DNA of 63,199 nucleotides, filler included, from Octopus bimaculoides (Eukaryota), in assembly GCF_001194135.2 (NCBI RefSeq). It is 6 parts of 6 records of this genome, joined end to end, with 100 filler letters (N's around TTAATTAATTAA, not from the genome) between each part and the next. Parts side by side here need not be neighbours in the genome. Positions count along the whole stretch, not along the records: positions 32,138 to 60,991 come from NC_068986.1; positions 61,092 to 63,199 come from NW_026300493.1; 4 more parts are not named here. One strand, given 5' to 3'. The notes under the pieces were generated by a model, which was not told the DNA's origin, did no database searches, and saw nothing but the letters and a program-made list of their open reading frames with translations. The position numbers and the translations under genes were made by a program. Positions 48,816-62,545 of the stretch are shown here, piece by piece (the stretch's first letter is position 1; each line of letters starts with the position of its first letter).

Positions 48816-51800
48816 GGTGGTGGTGTGTGTGTATGTGTTTGTATGCTTTCTATTCCAAACCTTTATGATTATAAGCTATTGTCTGTAGAAATTCTAAAGC
48901 GGGGCTCATTTTCATTTTGGATACCGAAAGAGAATCGATAGTTTATTTTTCTCCGTGATCAATTCCACCTAATAGTAAACAGGCGCCGGGTTCGATCCCA
49001 CTGCGTAGCATCTTGGGCAAATGACCAATACCTCCAGAATGAAATTTAGCATCTGGAATCTGTATGGAAGACCACTGGATGGATTGTTCCGGTAATTGAA
49101 AAGGTATAGCATTCTCACGCACACTGTGTCATGTTGAACCTGTCTGAGAGTCACATTAAAGGTACACATGTCGGCGGAATACTCAGCTGCCTACGCGTTA
49201 ATTCGGAAGCAGATAATTCAGTTGAATGAACAATCGAATCTTCATCGTCGAACAACGACTGAGATCCACCAGTCACAACAGGGAAGAGGGCATCGGCCAT
49301 AATCTTTCGTAAACCATCTGAGACGAGTGAGAGTAAGAGACGAAGAAACCATAAGTTATCCTCGGGTTGGAAATCAGATCCAAATTCTTTCGAGAGAACC
49401 GACTCAAATATGAACAAACACAAATAAATAAATAAATAAATAAATAAACGTGTAAGGGACGACCGTGCGAACTCAAAAAGGAGAAATGGTGACGAATGGA
49501 AAAACAGGACTCCTTTTATTTAAACGCGTCACACGGTCGAACACAAAATATATATATCAAATGATGATATAGATGATATGTTATACGACGATAACATAGA
49601 TGACCAGTAATGAAAGACCACAACCGTATTAGATGAATAACAGAGATATTTATTGTAGCGTTAAAGATGTATGTCTGTGTGTGAGTGTGAATGCGACATA
49701 TAAGAACATTATCAAAGACAGGCCGTCATACAAAGAAAAGTGTGTATGTGAGTGATACATGTGTGTATGAGTGTTTACAGCAGATAGAAAGAGAGTCAAT
49801 AACACGTGAGCAATTATATACCNNNNNNNNNNNNNNNNNNNNNNNNNNNNNNNNNNNNNNNNNNNNNNNNNNNNNNNNNNNNNNNNNNNNNNNNNNNNNN
49901 NNNNNNNNNNNNNNNNNNNNNNNNNNNNNNNNNNNNNNNNNNNNNNNNNNNNNNNNNNNNNNNNNNNNNNNNNNNNNNNNNNNNNNNNNNNNNNNNNNNN
50001 NNNNNNNNNNNNNNNNNNNNNNNNNNNNNNNNNNNNNNNNNNNNNNNNNNNNNNNNNNNNNNNNNNNNNNNNNNNNNNNNNNNNNNNNNNNNNNNNNNNN
50101 NNNNNNNNNNNNNNNNNNNNNNNNNNNNNNNNNNNNNNNNNNNNNNNNNNNNNNNNNNNNNNNNNNNNNNNNNNNNNNNNNNNNNNNNNNNNNNNNNNNN
50201 NNNNNNNNNNNNNNNNNNNNNNNNNNNNNNNNNNNNNNNNNNNNNNNNNNNNNNNNNNNNNNNNNNNNNNNNNNNNNNNNNNNNNNNNNNNNNNNNNNNN
50301 NNNNNNNNNNNNNNNNNNNNNNNNNNNNNNNNNNNNNNNNNNNNNNNNNNNNNNNNNNNNNNNNNNNNNNNNNNNNNNNNNNNNNNNNNNNNNNNNNNNN
50401 NNNNNNNNNNNNNNNNNNNNNNNNNNNNNNNNNNNNNNNNNNNNNNNNNNNNNNNNNNNNNNNNNNNNNNNNNNNNNNNNNNNNNNNNNNNNNNNNNNNN
50501 NNNNNNNNNNNNNNNNNNNNNNNNNNNNNNNNNNNNNNNNNNNNNNNNNNNNNNNNNNNNNNNNNNNNNNNNNNNNNNNNNNNNNNNNNNNNNNNNNNNN
50601 NNNNNNNNNNNNNNNNNNNNNNNNNNNNNNNNNNNNNNNNNNNNNNNNNNNNNNNNNNNNNNNNNNNNNNNNNNNNNNNNNNNNNNNNNNNNNNNNNNNN
50701 NNNNNNNNNNNNNNNNNNNNNNNNNNNNNNNNNNNNNNNNNNNNNNNNNNNNNNNNNNNNNNNNNNNNNNNNNNNNNNNNNNNNNNNNNNNNNNNNNNNN
50801 NNNNNNGGTTCCGGATTCAGTTCCACTGCGTGGAACTTTGGCCAAATGTCTTCTACTATAGCCTCGGGCCGACCAAAGCCTTGTGAGTGGAATTAGTAGA
50901 CGGAAACTGAAAGAAGCCAGTCGCATATATATAAATATATGTGTGTGTGTGTGTGTGTGTGTGTTGTGTGTGTGTGTGTATGCGTGCGTGTGTGTGTGGA
51001 TATATGTGCGTGTGTGTATGTTTGTGTGTCTGTGTTTGTTCCCCCACCATCGCTTGACAACCGATGCAGGTGTGTTTACGTCCCCGTAACTGGTGTTTTC
51101 ACACCTTCTACCATCAGAGAGATTTTTTTCTCTTCGGTAAGTGCAGTGTATTTGCTTTTAGCAGTTGAAATTTCTGACAAGCATATTTTAACTAACCTAA
51201 ATTGTGCTCATACCTAAACACTGCTTTGCTCTAATACTTCTTTAAATATAAAATTTACTTCAATAATTATATGAAATACAGGTATCTGTACATTTGTACA
51301 AATTATTAGAGGTTTCACATCATTAATGTCCGGGAAATTGTTGTATTTGTCGTACTTTCATGGTTTGAATGAGTGTTGGTCCAACAGTCTTGCCCGATCA
51401 TGTTTGACATCACGTCGTACATGACGGATTGATGGGAAATGTGATGCGCACAAGTTTTGTTATTCTAAACCCTAAGCCAACAGATTCTGCTATCTGCTTG
51501 CCTGTTGTGAACAAGGTTTTGCAATTGTCTTCTTTTGTTTTAGTTTTCTGAATCAGACTAGCTTCCATCGAAGTTTCCTTAAGCAGCGGCAATCATATTG
51601 ATTCTTAAACAAAGGCAAAGAAAAAAAGAAAAGAAAAAAGGAAATCGTAAAGAACTGTTTGCTAAACGACCGCAGTTGACAATCGACGAAATAATCCACA
51701 CAAGTTTTACAAAAACATCGATATAGTTTCTTGTCTGTCTGTCTGCCGTTTCTGTCATGAAATGGCTCAATTAAGAAATAAGTGATTCGCCCCATCCCGA

Positions 51801-51894
51801 GTAATAACTCCTTAATGTGTTTAGCGGAGATGATTCAGTTGTTCATTCAAACCCCTCAAACACACACACACACACATTGCTATATTTCGGAATA

Positions 51895-51969
<75 letters not shown>

Positions 51970-54900
51970 GCCAAATAAACACACGCACAATGCATTTGTT
52001 TGTTGTTTATAGTTTCAGCTTNNNNNNNNNNNNNNNNNNNNNNNNNNNNNNNNNNNNNNNNNNNNNNNNNNNNNNNNNNNNNNNNNNNNNNNNNNNNNNN
52101 NNNNNNNNNNNNNNNNNNNNNNNNNNNNNNNNNNNNNNNNNNNNNNNNNNNNNNNNNNNNNNNNNNNNNNNNNNNNNNNNNNNNNNNNNNNNNNNNNNNN
52201 NNNNNNNNNNNNNNNNNNNNNNNNNNNNNNNNNNNNNNNNNNNNNNNNNNNNNNNNNNNNNNNNNNNNNNNNNNNNNNNNNNNNNNNNNNNNNNNNNNNN
52301 NNNNNNNNNNNNNNNNNNNNNNNNNNNNNNNNNNNNNNNNNNNNNNNNNNNNNNNNNNNNNNNNNNNNNNNNNNNNNNNNNNNNNNNNNNNNNNNNNNNN
52401 NNNNNNNNNNNNNNNNNNNNNNNNNNNNNNNNNNNNNNNNNNNNNNNNNNNNNNNNNNNNNNNNNNNNNNNNNNNNNNNNNNNNNNNNNNNNNNNNNNNN
52501 NNNNNNNNNNNNNNNNNNNNNNNNNNNNNNNNNNNNNNNNNNNNNNNNNNNNNNNNNNNNNNNNNNNNNNNNNNNNNNNNNNNNNNNNNNNNNNNNNNNN
52601 NNNNNNNNNNNNNNNNNNNNNNNNNNNNNNNNNNNNNNNNNNNNNNNNNNNNNNNNNNNNNNNNNNNNNNNNNNNNNNNNNNNNNNNNNNNNNNNNNNNN
52701 NNNNNNNNNNNNNNNNNNNNNNNNNNNNNNNNNNNNNNNNNNNNNNNNNNNNNNNNNNNNNNNNNNNNNNNNNNNNNNNNNNNNNNNNNNNNNNNNNNNN
52801 NNNNNNNNNNNNNNNNNNNNNNNNNNNNNNNNNNNNNNNNNNNNNNNNNNNNNNNNNNNNNNNNNNNNNNNNNNNNNNNNNNNNNNNNNNNNNNNNNNTA
52901 CACGGAACAGTTCTCAAAGAGAAACTGGACCGAGACAAATTTGTTGGGTATGAGTTGATCTATTTATAGCGTTAAGAGGGCTCCAAGACGGTGATAGAAT
53001 TTTACTCTATCACGTGACCTTATTAGGGGCTGTGATTGGTCAGTTTGCGTTCTGGCGGGAACGGTTCGAAGAAGTTGCCGATTCGAATAATAATCAGTCA
53101 CGTGATGACAAGGAATGGGTTCTCTACTACGCTCGCATTTATTTATATTTAAATAAGAAGATTGTATGTAATGGCGATAGTAGTTTTGTATCTAATGGCG
53201 ATAGGTAGTTTCACTACATGCTCTTATTTTAGTATCATTGGGCTGAAATTTTTACTTGGAAGAGGAAGAAAAGAAAGGCAAGTGGAGAGGAGAAGCAGGG
53301 TGAGAAACAAGAGAACACGGATGAGAAGAGAAAAAGATGAGAAGTCTACAAAAGTAAGTGAGGAACGAACGCAGAGATCATCAACAAGTAAAGAGGAAAG
53401 AGTACAGAAGAGAAAAAAAAATGAAAGAGATTTGACAGCAACACAGAATGAGGGACAGACAGAGACAGAAATGCCAGTGGCGGAGGAGGGGATAGGAGAG
53501 AAGAGAAGGAGAAAAACTGAAGAACAATGGCGCAATACCCAAAAAGTGTAGAGATAGAGAAGAGAATTGCCAAGATGAAGAACGTTATCAGAGTGAAATT
53601 AGCGGCCAAAGAGTATAACGAAGGATTTAAAGCGGTTTTTGGTGGGAAAAGAAAGAGGAGAGAAATTGAAGGAGTTGTTTGGTGAAAGAATAGAGATGAC
53701 AGGAATACAAATTGGTTACGACGAATTGGCGCCGGTGGTGGCCTTCGAAGAGCTGACAGAGTATATGTTATAAACCAACAGATACAAGACCGATATGAAC
53801 TGTTCATTTAAAGACAGTAAAATGGAACTACCTGCTTATGGGGGGGGGGGTAGGTAAGCCACTACATTTTCATTTTCATTTTATCCATAATTCATCCGAT
53901 ATGTGTTTTTTATGTACCCCAATGTATTGTTTTGTCTATTTATGTGTTATCCCTTCTCTATTGAGGCCTTGACCCTAATTAAAGAAATAAGGACATTGGT
54001 GATACCTTGGCGGAGGTTTGCGCTCCCTTAGTGCTTTTGTTGTTGTTGTTCTTGTTGTTATTATTATTAACATTATTATTATTATTATTGTATCTGTTTT
54101 CATTTCTCCACAGCATCATTTAGCTAACCTTATAGCTGATAGCCTTCCTCGAATTCGGACCTAGAATGTTCAAGTTTGAAAGTCAAAACAAAAAAACACT
54201 GGCGTATATTATAACTATATATTTGATAGTGTTGACCAGAGACAATTACCACTATCAATTAATATTATTATATTTGATATTAGTTTCAAATTTTGGCACA
54301 AGGCCAACAAGTTCGGGGGAGGAACTAAGTCGAATTCATCGATCACAGTCCTCAACCGATACTTATTTTAACTGACTCTAGAAAGATGAAAGACAAAGTC
54401 GACCTCGACGGAATTTGAACTCAGAACGTAAGGATGAACGAAACGCCGCTAAGCATTTTGCCTGGTGTGCTAACGTTTCTGCTAGCTTGCCACTTTGCTA
54501 TATTTGGTAATATTGACCAGAATTAATTTTGGTTATATCCCTAAAATCTGTTATAACATCTATTGACAATCATCTTTGACGTCTGCTTTTGATAGGCGTT
54601 GACAGACAAAAAGGAAAGTTTACTTTTCATGCCGAAAGGTCTATGGTTAGAAGTTTTAGCGAAATCTTTAAAACTCCGGAGTTCACATCTCCATAGGGAA
54701 ATTTCTTATTGTAGCTAAAGGCTTTGAAGGCACGTGTCTTAGTGGTTAGGGCATTCGGCTGACGATGGTAAGGTTGTGAGTTCAGTTCCCGGTGGCATGT
54801 TGTGTCCCGTTTCTCCAGTTCACTCAGTTGGCAAAAACGAGTTGTACCTTTATTCCAAAGGGTCAACCATGTCACACTCTGTATCACGCTGAACCTCCTC

Positions 54901-56566
54901 GAGGACTACGTTAAGGGTACACGTGTCTGTGGAGTGCTCAGCCACTTACACGTTAACTTCACAAGCAAGCTGTTCCGTTGATCGATTCAACTGGAACCTC
55001 ATCGTTATAACCGACAGAGTACCAACTCAAGGCTTTGACGCATAATGCGATATTTCTCGTTCTTCAATTTTATCTCAAAGTGATTTTTTTTTTTTTTTTG
55101 TAACCGGAGGCTGTGTCCTACATTTACATGAGACCCCCCAGCTTTCATCTTTTGGCAATTTGACGGTCGATACATATCGGCTGAATTTTGATGAACAGAG
55201 AGTCACAGTGTAAAGTGTTACATTGGGCAGAAACCACACATTCCAAACTCACTGACCGAAGTAGCTGAGTTTTACATTTCGACAAAGGAGCCTTCTTTGA
55301 AGTATTCAAAATGCTTCACGTTTCTGCAATGCTGCCTGTAAGCAGTGCAGCGCTGTGATTGCAGTATTTTCAAGCTGTGAATTGCCAAAACTTATCTGCA
55401 GAATTCCATGATGGAAAGCAGACTGGATATTTTAAGCACAACTGCTATGACTGACTGACTGACTGGCACTCCGTCGGGGTTTTGTGTAGCTATCAGACAA
55501 TATCTGCATAACAGTTTTGATTTGATAGATATCGTATAAAAATTTTCACAAATGCTCTTAATGTATCTCAAAGAAAAAAAAAAACTTTGTTATCAATTAT
55601 TTTTAAAGAAAACAATTGAACAGAAGCAGTGGAGAACGAGAGAGGGAAATTGTTTTGCGATGAATAAAGATATTTTAATGAAAATAATTGAATAGAACAG
55701 TAGAGAACGAGCAAATGAAAAAGAGACTTGAGTCGCAATGAATAAAAACTAGCTTTATGGTTGAGGCGTGTGCTTGAATGTTCAATTAGAAATGACAACT
55801 GGAAAACCTCATTTAGATTATATATATNNNNNNNNNNNNNNNNNNNNNNNNNNNNNNNNNNNNNNNNNNNNNNNNNNNNNNNNNNNNNNNNNNNNNNNNN
55901 NNNNNNNNNNNNNNNNNNNNNNNNNNNNNNNNNNNNNNNNNNNNNNNNNNNNNNNNNNNNNNNNNNNNNNNNNNNNNNNNNNNNNNNNNNNNNNNNNNNN
56001 NNNNNNNNNNNNNNNNNNNNNNNNNNNNNNNNNNNNNNNNNNNNNNNNNNNNNNNNNNNNNNNNNNNNNNNNNNNNNNNNNNNNNNNNNNNNNNNNNNNN
56101 NNNNNNNNNNNNNNNNNNNNNNNNNNNNNNNNNNNNNNNNNNNNNNNNNNNNNNNNNNNNNNNNNNNNNNNNNNNNNNNNNNNNNNNNNNNNNNNNNNNN
56201 NNNNNNNNNNNNNNNNNNNNNNNNNNNNNNNNNNNNNNNNNNNNNNNNNNNNNNNNNNNNNNNNNNNNNNNNNNNNNNNNNNNNNNNNNNNNNNNNNNNN
56301 NNNNNNNNNNNNNNNNNNNNNNNNNNNNNNNNNNNNNNNNNNNNNNNNNNNNNNNNNNNNNNNNNNNNNNNNNNNNNNNNNNNNNNNNNNNNNNNNNNNN
56401 NNNNNNNNNNNNNNNNNNNNNNNNNNNNNNNNNNNNNNNNNNNNNNNNNNNNNNNNNNNNNNNNNNNNNNNNNNNNNNNNNNNNNNNNNNNNNNNNNNNN
56501 NNNNNNNNNNNNNNNNNNNNNNNNNNNNNNNNNNNNNNNNNNNNNNNNNNNNNNNATATAGCAAAG

Positions 56567-56775
56567 CGGCGAGCTGGCAGAATCGTTAGCACACCAGGCA
56601 AAATGCTTAGCGGCGTTTCGTTCGTCCTTACGTTCTGAGTTCGAATTCCATCGTGGTCGATTTTGCCTTTCATCATTTCTGGGTCGATAAAATAAGTACC
56701 AGTTGAACATTGGGATCGATGTAATCGACTCATCCCCTGTCCCAAAATTACTGCCCTTGTGGCAAAATTTGAAAC
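56567..56775 (+). mobile_element. SINE family B copy
   Basis: gcggcgagctggcagaatcgttagc ... ggcaaaatttgaaacc. Confidence 0.85.
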
Positions 56776-56793
56776 CATTATTGTTATTATTAT

Positions 56794-57183
56794 GAAAAAT
56801 CTCATTTTTATTTTGCTGGGTATGATAGAAAGTGTCAGCTGTCCGCAGCCAGCAGACTAAGGTGACACTTGTTTACTGCGGAAGACTCTTGCAGTTCCAA
56901 GCAATGATGATTTTTCTTGGTCATTACTATCTAAGCAATCGTTCCAATCTTTTTGAGCCATGTTGGTAGTTAGGTACTGTCACTTCCAAGCGCGCCAATT
57001 ACTATTGGAATCACGTTCACTTTTTTTCATTGCCTACAACCTGCGTATTCTCCACTTCAATTCATAATTGTTCACTTTTTCGTTTTTTTCTCTTCAATCC
57101 TGTTGTCACCAGGGCAGGCAATGTCAATAATCAGGCATGTTCTCTTTTCTGTTCACTACAACAAAGTCAGGTTTTCGATGTTT
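56794..57183 (-). mobile_element. R4/Dong-like non-LTR retrotransposon 3' end (restriction-like endonuclease)
   Basis: With frameshifts: HRKPDFVVVNRKE/TCLIIDIACPGDNRIEEK/EKVNNYELKWRIRRL*AMKK/VNVIPIVIGALG, the PD..D..K RLE motif of R2/R4/NeSL elements. Confidence 0.8.
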
Positions 57184-57189
57184 AATTTG

Positions 57190-57339
<150 letters not shown>

Positions 57340-57545
57340 GGCGTCGTGCTGGTAGAATCGTTAGCACGCTGGGCAAAATGCTTACCGGTATTTCGTTCGT
57401 CTTTGCGTTCTGAGTTCAAATTCCGCCGAGGTCGACTTTGCTTTCATCCCTTCGGGGTCGATAAATGAAGTACCAGTTGAGTACTGGGATCGATGTAATC
57501 GACTTAACCCCTTCCCCCAAATTTCAAGCCTTGTACCTTTAGGAG
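57340..57545 (+). mobile_element. SINE family B copy between (ATT)n tracts
   Basis: ggcgtcgtgctggtagaatcgttagcacg ... gccttgtacc. Confidence 0.85.
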
Positions 57546-57550
57546 AAAGA

Positions 57551-57621
<71 letters not shown>

Positions 57622-57626
57622 TATTA

Positions 57627-57985
57627 TTACTGAGTGAGAGAGCGGTGCATCTCATCAAGGTGACACTAGGGTACAAATATACGAAGCCCAATATACGCAT
57701 TATGACTTCCTGTCTGATAAGGTACACCAGGCACATGCATCACAACCATATGATGCTCCCCCACTACTTCTGTTTGTGATCAGAGATGCACATATCGTCA
57801 GCCACCAAGGGACATGCTCAACTGGTTAAGGTCAAACAACTGACAAGCAAATCTGTGGTATTAAGCAGAATATTTGCTGTAGCCCATCTTTTTATACCAA
57901 GACAAAACAATGCACATGATAACACTTCCAATCAATTAAGATGAGAAGCCACGCGGGTCACTGCCTGGTATTGCATCAGGGCAGT
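57627..57985 (+). mobile_element. Unclassified interspersed repeat embedded in ATT/ATC microsatellite
   Basis: Begins (att)n-gagtgagagagcggtgcat; the same start gagtgagagagcagtgcatgccatc recurs at about 43685. Confidence 0.45.
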
Positions 57986-57988
57986 CAC

Positions 57989-58072
<84 letters not shown>

Positions 58073-58324
58073 CATTATTATTATTTCGCCAGGTTCAGAG
58101 AGATTGACGGGTTTTGCAGGATGGGATTCTCTCGTATTTACCTATATTAGGGTGGATACACAGAATGAGACAGGGTGAGGTAGAAACAGAATGAGAGTGA
58201 CAGAAGAGTCCTGGGTGAGTCGGTTGCATGTTTATATCTGGAGGAGAGTCAAGGCATTACCCATGAATCGCATAGAAACAGTTGAAGAAGTCAATCAACG
58301 GCCAAGGTTGAATAACTTCTTAAA

Positions 58325-58710
58325 GTGGCTGTGTGGTAAGAAGCTTACTTCCCAACCACACGGTTGTGGTTTCAGTTCCACTACGTGGCACCTTGGGCAA
58401 GTGTCTTCTACTGTGGCCTGGGTCGTCCAAAGTCTTGTGAGCAGATTTAGTGGATGGAAACCGAAAGAAGCCCGTCGTTTATATGTGCGTGCGTGTGTGC
58501 GTGTGCTTTTGTGTCTGTGTTTGTTCCCCCATCACCGTTTGACATCTGGTGTTGGTGCATTTACGTCCCCGTAACTAAGCGGTTCGGCAAAGAGATCAAT
58601 AGAATAAGTATCAGGCTTAAAAGAAGTAAGTACTGATGTCGATACATTCGACTAAAAGAAATTCTTGAAGGCAGTGTCCCAGCATGGTCACAATCCAATG
58701 ACTGAAACAA
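58325..58710 (+). mobile_element. SINE family A copy
   Basis: gtggctgtgtggtaagaagc ... cagcatggtcacaatccaatgactgaaac. Confidence 0.85.
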
Positions 58711-58963
58711 GGACCAAACTTTTTTTATTGGTTATTTGCCAACTGATTAACCATTTAACCCAATAACTAATCGATTCTTTGATTAATTGTCCGGTCAATC
58801 AATCACTCAGCTAGTCTTGTCAAACTCCTTTCGTCACCGTTCGTGTCCTTATCAGTGACAGAGCCTCTCTACTCCAGGTCTGCTTCAAGTCTGTCTGTTT
58901 GTCTCTTAGTTTGCAGGTTCTATGTTTATATCTTTGTATGGATGCGAGAATGTTTGTGAGATC

Positions 58964-59116
<153 letters not shown>

Positions 59117-59772
59117 TATGTGTGTATGTGTGTGTGTGCGTGCGTGGGATTGGACGTTTGTGTATGTTTGCACTGTCGTAGGTGTACGTGTGTGTAAACT
59201 TCCTTTATTTTCTGTTTTCATTCATTATCCATTTTTTTTGGCGGGACCTCAAAGTTTAAATATCAATAGTCAATACTATAACAAAATGGCGGCGATGATA
59301 ATCAAACTAACGAAATGAGTAACTGAAGTTCTCACTCGGCCTGTTGCGTACAAACACAATGGTTTCCGCACTTGTACTGTTGAGATGTATAACCAATGAT
59401 TTAAATTGCCGAACCAGTTTAAATGGCCCGGTTTTAGTCATTTTACTTCCTTCATATTGTTAACGTTTTCGTTAAAGAACTTGAATAGCAAAATACCGTC
59501 GTAGGCTATCCTTCGGAGATGGTATCACAAAACTGAAACTAAAGGTCGTTCTGTTCTATCCATTTGTTTGGTGATTTCCAGAAAAATTTCTTATTTCTCT
59601 AATTTATTTTTAAGTTTTCATAGTGACACGGTCGCTTACTCACACGCACACGCGCGTGCTCATCCATTGTCTTTCATGTCCACGAGCGAGATTAGCAGTG
59701 AAACAGCCATTCGCATGCAAACACATTTTAATTGTTTTCATGTATCGTTTATATTTATGCACTTTGTGTGTA

Positions 59773-60803
59773 CAGTAATCCTTCGCCATGTCACGATTCA
59801 TTTATTGCGCCCTCAGTACATGGTGGATTTTTCTGGCTAATAAATGTAAATTTATATCGCGGATCCTCAGTATATCGCAGGTTTCTGTGGCCGATAGGTA
59901 TTTGCATTTTTATAGATTTTAATTATTTCTATGTTAAAATAAGCATTTCCACGCCTAAAAATTAATAGATTAACAAATAAAAATACAGTACTGCACTGTA
60001 TAACACATTAATTAGAATATATCAAAAGGAAATGTGTATTGTACCGTAGATGAGTAAACAAAGAATCGCATATGCAGTATGGAAAACGAAACTCGGGAGG
60101 CGAGTGTGTGATGCTGTTTGGCATTTATAATGAAATAAATATATACAAATTATAAAAATAATAATAAAAATATACAGTACAGTACTTCACTGTATAACAC
60201 ATTAATTAAAATATATTAAAAGGAAATGCGTAGTGTACCGTAGATGAGTAAACAGAAAATCGCACATTCTGTAAAGAAAACGGAACTCGGGAGGAGAGTG
60301 TGTGGTGTTGTTTTGCATTTATGTGTAAAATTGTGAATATATTTCAAGCCCTACGATGTCGCTCAAACGTTCTGGACTTTCTAAGGCTTCTGGCAGTGAA
60401 CCCAAGCACCAGAGGAAGCTGCTTACTATAACATGCTTAATGAAAGGAGACGGTATGCGGATGTAGGCCGCCAAAACAACTTCAGAAAATGGCGGAAGAT
60501 TAGGAGTCCCTGATGGTTCGTACGTTGCAGTTAAGAAATGCAATTGACGGAGCCATGTAAGTTTATAAAACCCTCCTCACACAGAAGAAAAGGCTGTGCC
60601 CGCAGTTGCTCATCATTATGTTCCTCATCCGCAAAAAAAAGAAGAGAAGACACGGGTACTCCTAAGAGTGTGGGGAGAGTTTCTAAAAGCTTAAATATAT
60701 AAAAATAATTTTAAAAAAAATATGCAGTACTGTTTATACTTCGCGGATTTTCAACTACCGTGGCGGGTTTTGGAACGTAACACCCGCGATAGTCGAGGGA
60801 TTT
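59773..60803 (+). mobile_element. Tigger/pogo-like DNA transposon, internally deleted
   Basis: TA|cagtaatccttcgcc left end; degenerate inverted right end cccgcgatagtcgagggattt. Transposase start at 60356, MSLKRSGLSKASGSEPKHQRKLLTI, resembles Tigger MxPKRSAPAKASGSEPKRQRKMLTI. Confidence 0.75.
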
Positions 60804-60991
60804 GTCGTTGGCACTCCGTCGCTTACGACGTCGAGGGTTCCAGTTGATCCGATCAACGGAACAGCCTGCTCGTGAAATTAACATGCAAGTGGCTGAGCAC
60901 TTCACAGACACGTGTACCCTTGACGTAGTTCTCGGGGAGATTCAGCGTGACACAGTGTGACAAGGGTGACCCTTTAATTACAGGCACAACA

Positions 60992-61091
60992 NNNNNNNNN
61001 NNNNNNNNNNNNNNNNNNNNNNNNNNNNNNNNNNNTTAATTAATTAANNNNNNNNNNNNNNNNNNNNNNNNNNNNNNNNNNNNNNNNNNNN
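60992..61091. other. Artificial scaffold linker
   Basis: Same structure. Confidence 0.9.
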
Positions 61092-61384
61092 GGGTGTCAT
61101 AGAATTGGTCCTTCAGCCCATCCGGGAGCCCCGGTTGAGGGCATAGGCTGAGATGACAGTAGCTAGCCTAAGATGAAGCACTAGTCTAATCTTAAGTACT
61201 CTGTCACATACTCTAACTACCTTGCGCTCAAAAATCCTACGAAGGCCAGTCAGGCGGTACTGGCAACAGCCATGCTCAAAATGGTGTATTTTATGTGCCA
61301 CCCGCACAAGAGCCAGTCCAGGGGCACTGGCAACGATCTCGCTTGAAAATCCTATGAAGGCCAGTCAGGCTGTCAGCACGATAA

Positions 61385-61630
61385 AGTGATGGTTTGTTGC
61401 CATCATAATTTGGCAGTCCCAGGAAAGGGAAGAATGCTACTGCTATTTATCCCCACGAAACACCATTTCCAGTTGGCTATGTGACACAAGCATATTGTGT
61501 CCTTAAACATAAGGACACTGTACGCTTGTGTCACATAGCCAATTAGAAATGGTGTTTCGTGGGGATAAATAGCAGTAACATTCTTCTCTTTCCTGGGACT
61601 GCCACATTATGTTGGCAACAAACCATCACT
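61385..61630. repeat. Near-perfect 246-bp hairpin (two 121-bp arms, 4-nt loop), foldback/MITE-like
   Basis: 61385-61505 is the reverse complement of 61510-61630 with scattered mismatches; loop aaca; right flank is (TA)n. Confidence 0.9.
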
Positions 61631-62511
61631 ATATATANNNNNNNNNNNNNNNNNNNNNNNNNNNNNNNNNNNNNNNNNNNNNNNNNNNNNNNNNNNNNNN
61701 NNNNNNNNNNNNNNNNNNNNNNNNNNNNNNNNNNNNNNNNNNNNNNNNNNNNNNNNNNNNNNNNNNNNNNNNNNNNNNNNNNNNNNNNNNNNNNNNNNNN
61801 NNNNNNNNNNNNNNNNNNNNNNNNNNNNNNNNNNNNNNNNNNNNNNNNNNNNNNNNNNNNNNNNNNNNNNNNNNNNNNNNNNNNNNNNNNNNNNNNNNNN
61901 NNNNNNNNNNNNNNNNNNNNNNNNNNNNNNNNNNNNNNNNNNNNNNNNNNNNNNNNNNNNNNNNNNNNNNNNNNNNNNNNNNNNNNNNNNNNNNNNNNNN
62001 NNNNNNNNNNNNNNNNNNNNNNNNNNNNNNNNNNNNNNNNNNNNNNNNNNNNNNNNNNNNNNNNNNNNNNNNNNNNNNNNNNNNNNNNNNNNNNNNNNNN
62101 NNNNNNNNNNNNNNNNNNNNNNNNNNNNNNNNNNNNNNNNNNNNNNNNNNNNNNNNNNNNNNNNNNNNNNNNNNNNNNNNNNNNNNNNNNNNNNNNNNNN
62201 NNNNNNNNNNNNNNNNNNNNNNNNNNNNNNNNNNNNNNNNNNNNNNNNNNNNNNNNNNNNNNNNNNNNNNNNNNNNNNNNNNNNNNNNNNNNNNNNNNNN
62301 NNNNNNNNNNNNNNNNNNNNNNNNNNNNNNNNNNNNNNNNNNNNNNNNNNNNNNNNNNNNNNNNNNNNNNNNNNNNNNNNNNCTGTAGAAACTCTGCTAA
62401 ATCAGATTGGAGCCTGGTGTAGCCATCTGGTTCACCAGTCCTCAGTCAAATCGTCCAACCCATGCTAGCATGGAAAGCGGACGTTAAACGATGATGATGA
62501 TGATGATGATG

Positions 62512-62545
<34 letters not shown>

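Noticed and set aside
49151-49423. Protein-like ORF (MADALFPVVTGGSQSLFDDEDS...)
   Set aside because: Its 3' half is the antisense of a diverged SINE-C copy.
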